Positions 57,960 through 64,000 of a stretch of 64,000 nt of DNA are shown here, one piece after another. Below the pieces are notes generated by a model. It had not been told where the DNA came from and ran no database searches. It worked only from the letters and a program-made list of their open reading frames with translations. Source of the stretch: Deltaproteobacteria bacterium (lineage in GTDB: Bacteria; Desulfobacterota_D; UBA1144; Nemesobacterales; CSP1-2); assembly GCA_052390235.1 (NCBI GenBank), contig JBQTHB010000008.1:1-64000 (forward strand), in the 5' to 3' direction. The first letter of the stretch is position 1, and each line of letters opens with the position of its first letter. Made by a program: the position numbers and the translations under genes.

Positions 57960-58928
57960 ATGAGCCGGAGGGCTAGAATGGAGAGCATCGAGAGGATAGC
58001 ATCTGAGATAGCCCGCCTGAAACGAGAGAAAAATGCCGTCATCCTCGCCCACAATTACCAATTAGGCGAGGTTCAGGACGTGGCGGATTTTACGGGAGAC
58101 TCGCTTGCCCTTGCCCAGGAAGCCGCCAAAACAGACGCAGACATAATAGTTTTCTGCGGCGTTCATTTCATGGCAGAGACGGCGGCCATCACCTGCCCGG
58201 ATAAAAAAGTGCTAATCCCCGACATGGACGCCGGATGCTCGCTTGCCTCGACTATTGACGCCGAGAAGCTGAGGGCTTGGAAAAGAGAGCATCCGGGCGC
58301 GGTCGTGGTGTCTTATGTGAACACCACAGCCGAGGTCAAAGCTGAGACCGACTACTGCTGCACGTCGTCTAATGCGGTGAAAATCGTAAGCTCCGTCCCG
58401 GCGGATAGAGAAATCCTCTTCCTGCCGGATATGTTCCTAGGGGCTTACGTGGCGAAGGTTACAGGTAGGAAAATACATATCTGGAGCGGCGAGTGCCACG
58501 TTCACGCCGGGATTCGGGTCAGCGATATTAAAAACATGAGAGCCGCCCGCCCCCGCGCCGAGATGCTCGTTCACCCGGAATGCGGATGCACCACCTCGTT
58601 TCTCTATCACTCGGCGGACAGCTCCCCTGAGACATCCGACATCAAATTTCTCTCCACGGGGGGGATGATAAACCACGCGAGACGCTCCCCGTCAAAGGAG
58701 TTCATAGTAGCCACGGAAACCGGCATACTCCACCGCATGAGGAAAGAGAATCCCGATAAAATCTTTCATGCCGCTAACGAAGAGGCGGTGTGTAGATTCA
58801 TGAAGATGATTACGCTCGACAAGGTTCTGACCTCGCTCCAATATGGAATTTACGAGGTGAAAGTGCCGCAAGAGACCGCCGAGAGGGCTAGAAAGTCCAT
58901 AGACCGAATGCTTGAGCTGTCGAGCTAG
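57960..58928 (+). CDS. nadA: Quinolinate synthase
   Basis: ILAHNYQ, FCGVHFMAETA, CCTSSNA, HPEC, C.FMK. Confidence 0.96.
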   Translation: MSRRARMESIERIASEIARLKREKNAVILAHNYQLGEVQDVADFTGDSLALAQEAAKTDADIIVFCGVHFMAETAAITCPDKKVLIPDMDAGCSLASTIDAEKLRAWKREHPGAVVVSYVNTTAEVKAETDYCCTSSNAVKIVSSVPADREILFLPDMFLGAYVAKVTGRKIHIWSGECHVHAGIRVSDIKNMRAARPRAEMLVHPECGCTTSFLYHSADSSPETSDIKFLSTGGMINHARRSPSKEFIVATETGILHRMRKENPDKIFHAANEEAVCRFMKMITLDKVLTSLQYGIYEVKVPQETAERARKSIDRMLELSS

Positions 58929-59043
58929 TACCCTCCCCCACACGGCTTGCAGGAGATTCAGAACTAGATTTGCCGCCGGATTTGCCCAAGCCGAGAAACT
59001 CCCGTTATAATCACCAATTAATAGCTCATCAGAGCGATATTTC

Positions 59044-59823
59044 ATGAAGCCGCCCAGAAGAAATCCCGTCTCAATCATACCCATCGCCAGCATCCCGGAA
59101 ATCAAGCCGGGCGACGACCTCGTGGCAATAGTATCTGATTCGATATTGAACGAAGGGCTGTCGCTCGCCGAGGGAGATGTTCTAGTCCTAGCGCAGAAGA
59201 TAGTATCCAAAGCCGAGGGGCGAATCATCCGCCTGCAGGACGTCGCGCCCTCCCCCTTTGCCCTGAAGCTCGCCGCAGAACTCAACAAAGACGCCGAATT
59301 GGTCGAGGTCATACTCTCGGAGTCGAGGAGAATACTCAAAGCCGAGCGCCGAGGGGATAAAGGGATGCTCATCGTCGAGACGAATCACGGTATCGTGCTT
59401 GCTAACGCCGGGGTTGACGCATCGAACGTGTCGGGCGGGGATACGGTTACGCTCCTGCCCGTTGACCCGGACGCATCAGCCCAGAGGCTTAGACGGGGAT
59501 TCAACGAGAGATTCGGGGCGGACGCCGCCGTCATCATAACGGACACCGTAGGCAGACCGTGGAGGGAGGGGCTTGTGGAAATCGCCATCGGATGCGCAGG
59601 GCTGAAGGCTCTTCGGGATTTCAGGGGGATGAAGGACGCAAAGGGGTTTGAGATGAGCGCGACGGTCATAGCAGTGGCAGATGAGATAGCGTCCGCCGCT
59701 GGGCTAGCGATGGGCAAAAATGACGCTGTCCCCGCCGTGATAGTCAGGGGGTTTGAGTATGAGCGCGGCGGCGGCGGGACTAAGGAGATTATACGGGCCC
59801 GGGAAAATGATATTTTCCGCTGA
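59044..59823 (+). CDS. cofE: Coenzyme F420-0:L-glutamate ligase
   Basis: PEIKPGDDL, QKIVSKAEGR, ANAGVDASN, LLPVDPD.SA, TDTVGRPWREG, ADEIA. Confidence 0.92.
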   Translation: MKPPRRNPVSIIPIASIPEIKPGDDLVAIVSDSILNEGLSLAEGDVLVLAQKIVSKAEGRIIRLQDVAPSPFALKLAAELNKDAELVEVILSESRRILKAERRGDKGMLIVETNHGIVLANAGVDASNVSGGDTVTLLPVDPDASAQRLRRGFNERFGADAAVIITDTVGRPWREGLVEIAIGCAGLKALRDFRGMKDAKGFEMSATVIAVADEIASAAGLAMGKNDAVPAVIVRGFEYERGGGGTKEIIRARENDIFR

Positions 59824-59876
59824 TTTCCGGCAGGGGGGGAATTTTTCAATTATAAACATGGGGAGGGCATTGTGGA

Positions 59877-61079
59877 ATGGTCAATCTCAAGCAGATTAAA
59901 GACGCGGCGAGGAAACTGAGGGATGTGGCTTATAAAACCCCGTCGGCTTATTCCTATTCTCTGAGTGATATTTCAGGGGCAAACGTTCATCTGAAACTGG
60001 AGAACCTACAGCGCGCAGGCTCGTTCAAGATTCGAGGCGCGTACAATAAACTCTCGAAAATCCGCAGGAAGGTAAAAAACGTCATCGCCGCCTCAGCCGG
60101 CAATCATGCCCAGGGCGTAGCGCTCGCGGCAAGGCTTCTGGGAATGAATTCAACCATCGTGATGCCGGAGATAACTCCAATAAATAAAATCCTCGCCGTC
60201 AAGAGCTACGGGGCTGAGGTTATCCTGCACGGAAACAATTTCGATGACGCCATCCACCGCGCAAGAGAGGTCGAGCGGGAATCAGGCGATACATTTATTC
60301 ACGCCTTCGACGATGCGGATATCATAGCCGGACAGGGAACCATAGGACTCGAAATCGCCGACGCCGTCAAAAACATTGACGCAGTGTTCGTTCCCATCGG
60401 GGGCGGAGGGCTGATTTCGGGCATTGCCACGGCAATTAAGGAGATAAATCCGAGGGTGAGGGTGATAGGGGTGCAGTCGGCAAATATCGCCTCGATGTAT
60501 ATGTCAATAAAAAAAGGGGAGGTCGTCGAGGCTCCCTCGGCGCAGACCATAGCCGACGGCATAGCGATAAAGCGTCCCGGGGGGATAACGCTTGAAATTG
60601 TAAAGCGGCACGTTGACGACATCGTGAGGGTTGAGGAGAGCGAAATCGAAGAGGCGCTCCTTCTGCTCACCGAGAGGAAGAGAATCGTCGTCGAGGGGGC
60701 GGGCGCGGCGGCGCTTGCGGGACTCATCAAGCTGAAAAACGACTACAGGCGCAGGAACGTCGCCGTTGTCGTGAGCGGAGGGAATATTGACATCAACACG
60801 CTCGCTAAAATTATTGACCGGGGGCTTGCGCGAGGGGGCAGAGTTATAAAGCTCATGGTGGAAATTCCAGACCTCCCCGGCTCTCTTGGGAAACTGAGTT
60901 CCCTGCTCGGCTCGGTCAAGGCGAATATCGTGCAGATATTCCACGACAGATTCTCAAGAGAGCTTCCCATTGGGCGGGCAATAGTAGAAATCAGCCTTGA
61001 GACCAAGGGGTTCGACCACAGAACTGAGATTCTAAGACTCCTCAAAGACAACGGCTACGAACCAAGGGAAAAGAACTAG
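59877..61079 (+). CDS. ilvA: Threonine ammonia-lyase with C-terminal ACT domain
   Basis: KLENLQRAGSFKIRGA, SAGNHAQG, GGGGLISG, SGGNID, PD.PG.L ACT. Confidence 0.9.
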   Translation: MVNLKQIKDAARKLRDVAYKTPSAYSYSLSDISGANVHLKLENLQRAGSFKIRGAYNKLSKIRRKVKNVIAASAGNHAQGVALAARLLGMNSTIVMPEITPINKILAVKSYGAEVILHGNNFDDAIHRAREVERESGDTFIHAFDDADIIAGQGTIGLEIADAVKNIDAVFVPIGGGGLISGIATAIKEINPRVRVIGVQSANIASMYMSIKKGEVVEAPSAQTIADGIAIKRPGGITLEIVKRHVDDIVRVEESEIEEALLLLTERKRIVVEGAGAAALAGLIKLKNDYRRRNVAVVVSGGNIDINTLAKIIDRGLARGGRVIKLMVEIPDLPGSLGKLSSLLGSVKANIVQIFHDRFSRELPIGRAIVEISLETKGFDHRTEILRLLKDNGYEPREKN

Positions 61080-61147
61080 AACGCCTCCTAGCTTCGATAA
61101 TTGAGGCGGAAGTGGTCTCCAACAATCATTAAGCGATATAGTTAACG

Positions 61148-61441
61148 CTATTTAGTTCCGAGAACGGCGTCTTTGCAGGCTTTTGAGATCCTAAATTTGA
61201 CCGCTTCTTTAGCGGGGATTTTGATTTCCGCTCCCGTCTGAGGGTTTCTGCCTTTTCTCGCCTTTCTGCTCACGAGAACGAGCTTTCCAATACCTGGGAG
61301 GGTAAATTCCTTGTTGTCTTTCGCCTGCTCATAGGCAATATCGGCAAGCTCGTCCAGGATTTGCGCGGCGTGTTTTTTTGTTAACCCCGCCCTCTCCGCT
61401 ATCTTATCGGCTATTTGAGATTTAGTCAGCGCTTTTGCCAT
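61148..61441 (-). CDS. HU-family DNA-binding protein
   Basis: TKSQI, LPGIGK, RKARKGRNPQTG..IKIPAK; GGAGG SD before ATG 61441. Confidence 0.93.
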   Translation of the reverse strand: MAKALTKSQIADKIAERAGLTKKHAAQILDELADIAYEQAKDNKEFTLPGIGKLVLVSRKARKGRNPQTGAEIKIPAKEAVKFRISKACKDAVLGTK

Positions 61442-61536
61442 ATTAGTGCCTCCTCGTTGGGAATAACTTTTTGACAATATGACAGAAATTGGAAAATAAA
61501 TCAATATTAATTATAAAAAAATAGGAGTTTAAAAAT

Positions 61537-61572
61537 AAAAAAAGGCCCCAGGGAATCTCCCCGGAGCCCTTT
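61537..61572 (-). terminator. Intrinsic terminator after the 97-aa peptide gene
   Basis: AAAGGCCCCAGGG/CCCCGGAGCCCTTT imperfect stem with an A-run (U-tract on minus strand). Confidence 0.6.
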
Positions 61573-61594
61573 GTCTAGTGCCTTACTGAATTAC

Positions 61595-61888
61595 TTAGTC
61601 AACCACTACAACAACGGCAGACACCGGTCCGGCGCTAACGGTCGTTACGGATACTGCGCTGACAAGCGGGATGTTAATCGTCGACACTGTCGTGCCGGTG
61701 GAAACTAGGGAGCCAACCGCGGCGCCAACAACGGCGATAAGTTGCCCTTCAGTCGCCTGCATCTCAACAGCACTCAGGGTCTTGGATGCTACCTGCTCGC
61801 TTCCGAACAGGAAGTTGGCATCCGACGCCATGGCTACTGTTGAGAGAGCCATAGCTACAGCAAATGTAAAAGCTAATACTTTACGCAT
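61595..61888 (-). CDS. Secreted Val/Ser/Thr-rich peptide with LSxxEMxxTEG leader motif
   Basis: GGAGGT SD, TTGACA-N17-TAACGT promoter (61948-61920), Sec signal ending AMA, own terminator. Confidence 0.8.
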   Translation of the reverse strand: MRKVLAFTFAVAMALSTVAMASDANFLFGSEQVASKTLSAVEMQATEGQLIAVVGAAVGSLVSTGTTVSTINIPLVSAVSVTTVSAGPVSAVVVVVD

Positions 61889-62151
61889 ATGCTTACACCT
61901 CCATATATTTGATACCTCTACGTTACACCATCGGGTTTTTTATGTCAATAGAAAATTTAGGGAATAAAAAGAATTTAACGGCGGCTTAACGGGAAGTTTT
62001 CGCTGTTTTGAGCCATTTAAAGTAAAAATACGGCTCCGCGCTCCAATCCCTGAGATTCGGGCAGAGGGTGAGGTATGGCAGCGGAAAATTTAGCGATTGC
62101 ACAAATTACCCAGTGAAATCAAAGATTCGCTCGAGAGCCAATAATAAGAAT

Positions 62152-62874
62152 CTAATCCGCGTTTCCGTGGTCTGCGTGGAGTCCGCATTCTCTATTGGAA
62201 TCGCTCTCCCACCACCATCTACCCGCTCTGTGGTCTTCACCCTGATGTACGGGGCGCGTGCATGGGGCGCAGCCGATGCTGGGGTAGCCTTTGTCGTGCA
62301 GGGCGTTGTAGGGGATTCGATTCGCCTTGATATAGTCCCAAAGGTCGCCCGAAGTCCAATTTATAATCGGATTAATTTTGAGTATTCCCCCATGCTGGCG
62401 GTCAATTTCAAACACGCGGGCGTCGGAGCGGTTTTCGGTCTGCTCGCGTCTTATTCCCGTTATCCAGCCGTCGAGCGTGGCAAGCATCCTCTTAAGAGGG
62501 CGCACTTTTCTAATATCGCAGCACAGAATCCTGTTGGGCTTCCCCTTGTAGAACAGATTCATCCCGTGCGTGTTTACCATCTGCTCGACCTCGTCCTTAT
62601 CCGGGAACATGACCTCGACTCTGATTCCGTACTTCGCCCTCATCCTATCAATCACGTCGTAGGTTTCCTGATTGAGCCTCCCGGTGTCGAGTGTAAACAC
62701 CCTCGCCTCAGGGTTAATTTTAACCATCATATCAATGATGGATTCCGCCCCGAAGCTCGAAGCCAGAGCCACTTTTGGATGCAGAGCACTGAGCGTCCAC
62801 CTCAGAATTTCCTGAGGCGTTCTGCGCCCGTATTCTCTGTTTAGTTCATCAACCTGTTCCTGAGTGAACTGCAT
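62152..62874 (-). CDS. cysH: APS/PAPS reductase (Fe-S APS-reductase type)
   Basis: SSFG, LDTG, CC.IRKV.PL, SIGCAPCT, RAGRWWWE, ECGLH. Confidence 0.95.
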   Translation of the reverse strand: MQFTQEQVDELNREYGRRTPQEILRWTLSALHPKVALASSFGAESIIDMMVKINPEARVFTLDTGRLNQETYDVIDRMRAKYGIRVEVMFPDKDEVEQMVNTHGMNLFYKGKPNRILCCDIRKVRPLKRMLATLDGWITGIRREQTENRSDARVFEIDRQHGGILKINPIINWTSGDLWDYIKANRIPYNALHDKGYPSIGCAPCTRPVHQGEDHRAGRWWWESDSNRECGLHADHGNAD

Positions 62875-62979
62875 CTGCGGTTATACCCACTCCTCATCTG
62901 ACACACGCCGCCGAGGGCAATTTAAAGGAGAGACGCTCCTGCCCGTTAGTTGAAACGCCGCCCCCTTTGGATTCAAACT

Positions 62980-64000
62980 TCAATCTGCATAAGCCGCCAT
63001 TAAGACCCTTCCCACCTCAGGTCTCGTGAACTCAAGCGGGAGGTCTTGCTTGTTTCTGAGCATCTCCCTCACTTTAGTTCCGCTGAGAATGAGGTGATTT
63101 TCTTTTGGGCATGGGCAGGTTTTAATTGACGCCATACCGCCGCATCTCTGGCAGTAGAACGTGTGGTCAAAGAATATAGGGGTTATGCCAAGCTCTGCGG
63201 GAGCAAACTCATCGAAAATCTTATGGGCATCATAAGTGCCGTAATAATTTCCGACTCCGGCGTGGTCTCTGCCGACGATAAAGTGCGTGCATCCATAATT
63301 CTGCCTCATCAGCGCATGGAATATCGCCTCCCTAGGGCCCGCGTATCTCATCGCGGCGGGAAGCACGGATAAAACCACTCTGTCCTTAGGATAGTAGTTC
63401 TCGATGAGGACTTCATAGCACTTCATGCGAATATCGGCGGGGATGTCGTCGCTTTTTGTCTCGCCCACGATGGGGTGAATCATGAGGCCGTCCATCATCT
63501 CGAGGGCGCATTTCTGGAGGTATTCGTGCGCCCTGTGAATGGGGTTTCGGGTCTGAAAGGCGACAATTTTCTTCCACCCTTTCTCTTGGAACAGCGCGCG
63601 TGTCTGAGCCGGTGCGCGCCTGTATTCGGGGAATTCCAAATTGGCGGGCATATTGACGAGGCTTATTTTGCCCCCCAAAAGGACATCGCCCTGGGCATAG
63701 ACGACCTTTACCCCCGGATGCTCGGCGTCTGTGGTGCGATAGACGAGGCTCGCTTCCCTCTGCTTATCGTAGCCGAATTTCTCCTCTAAGTGAAGTATGG
63801 CGATTAGATTTTGGCTCTGGTCAACGAGCGCCAGGTCTTCGCCCTCTTTGAGCGCCGCCGCCTCGTCCGCTGAGACGGGAAGCGCAATTGGGATGCTCCA
63901 AGCCGCCCCGTTTGCAAGCCTCATGCGCTCGACGACGCTCTCGTAGTCGGCTCTGCCCATGAAACCTTCGAGAGGACTCATCGCGCCGATGGAGATGAGT
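62980..64000 (-). CDS. sat: Sulfate adenylyltransferase (5' end outside window)
   Basis: [45 protein letters not shown]. Confidence 0.96.
   Translation of the reverse strand, partial: LISIGAMSPLEGFMGRADYESVVERMRLANGAAWSIPIALPVSADEAAALKEGEDLALVDQSQNLIAILHLEEKFGYDKQREASLVYRTTDAEHPGVKVVYAQGDVLLGGKISLVNMPANLEFPEYRRAPAQTRALFQEKGWKKIVAFQTRNPIHRAHEYLQKCALEMMDGLMIHPIVGETKSDDIPADIRMKCYEVLIENYYPKDRVVLSVLPAAMRYAGPREAIFHALMRQNYGCTHFIVGRDHAGVGNYYGTYDAHKIFDEFAPAELGITPIFFDHTFYCQRCGGMASIKTCPCPKENHLILSGTKVREMLRNKQDLPLEFTRPEVGRVLMAAYAD

Noticed and set aside
1..64000. CRISPR arrays, rRNA genes, transposases
   Set aside because: No repeat-spacer periodicity, rRNA-like sequence or transposase ORF observed

Overview
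64-kb bacterial chromosomal segment, mostly core genes. The gene repertoire looks Deltaproteobacteria/Desulfobacterota-like (possibly Dadabacteria); this is an impression, not a search result. Recognised genes: pntAa/pntAb/pntB, tRNA-Arg(CCT), two tandem Ogg2-type glycosylases, mltD-like, moaA, moaC-moaB fusion, a PAS/GAF hybrid kinase, rimK with its protease partner, purC, an MFS transporter, tRNA-Val(GAC)-thrS-infC(ATT start)-rpmI-rplT, leuB, a nitrilase, an LLM oxidoreductase, bioB-bioA, an ECF/anti-sigma pair, ccmG/ccmH-like, glyA, nrdR, tatD, pdxA, cobB, topA, nadB-nadC-nadA, cofE, ilvA, HU, cysH and a partial sat. No transposase, integrase, CRISPR array or rRNA was seen. The most interesting signals: (1) a five-gene cassette with two signal-less peptidoglycan hydrolases (M15, GH19), a 2-TM protein, a lipoprotein and a small helical protein, behind a consensus sigma54 promoter and IHF site, with no phage genes nearby; (2) a His/Cys-rich exported uORF with an RPP motif, followed by an SD-sequestering hairpin, ahead of a His-rich protein, a beta-barrel and a cytochrome c; (3) an operon of B12-radical SAM, MBL hydrolase and B12-radical SAM (one HpnR-like); (4) an Ogg paralogue lacking the catalytic Lys; (5) a stand-alone secreted Val/Ser/Thr-rich peptide with a bacteriocin-like leader motif; (6) a probable ATC start for bioB; (7) inverted repeats flanking the ECF cassette. 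All family calls come from motif recognition by eye.
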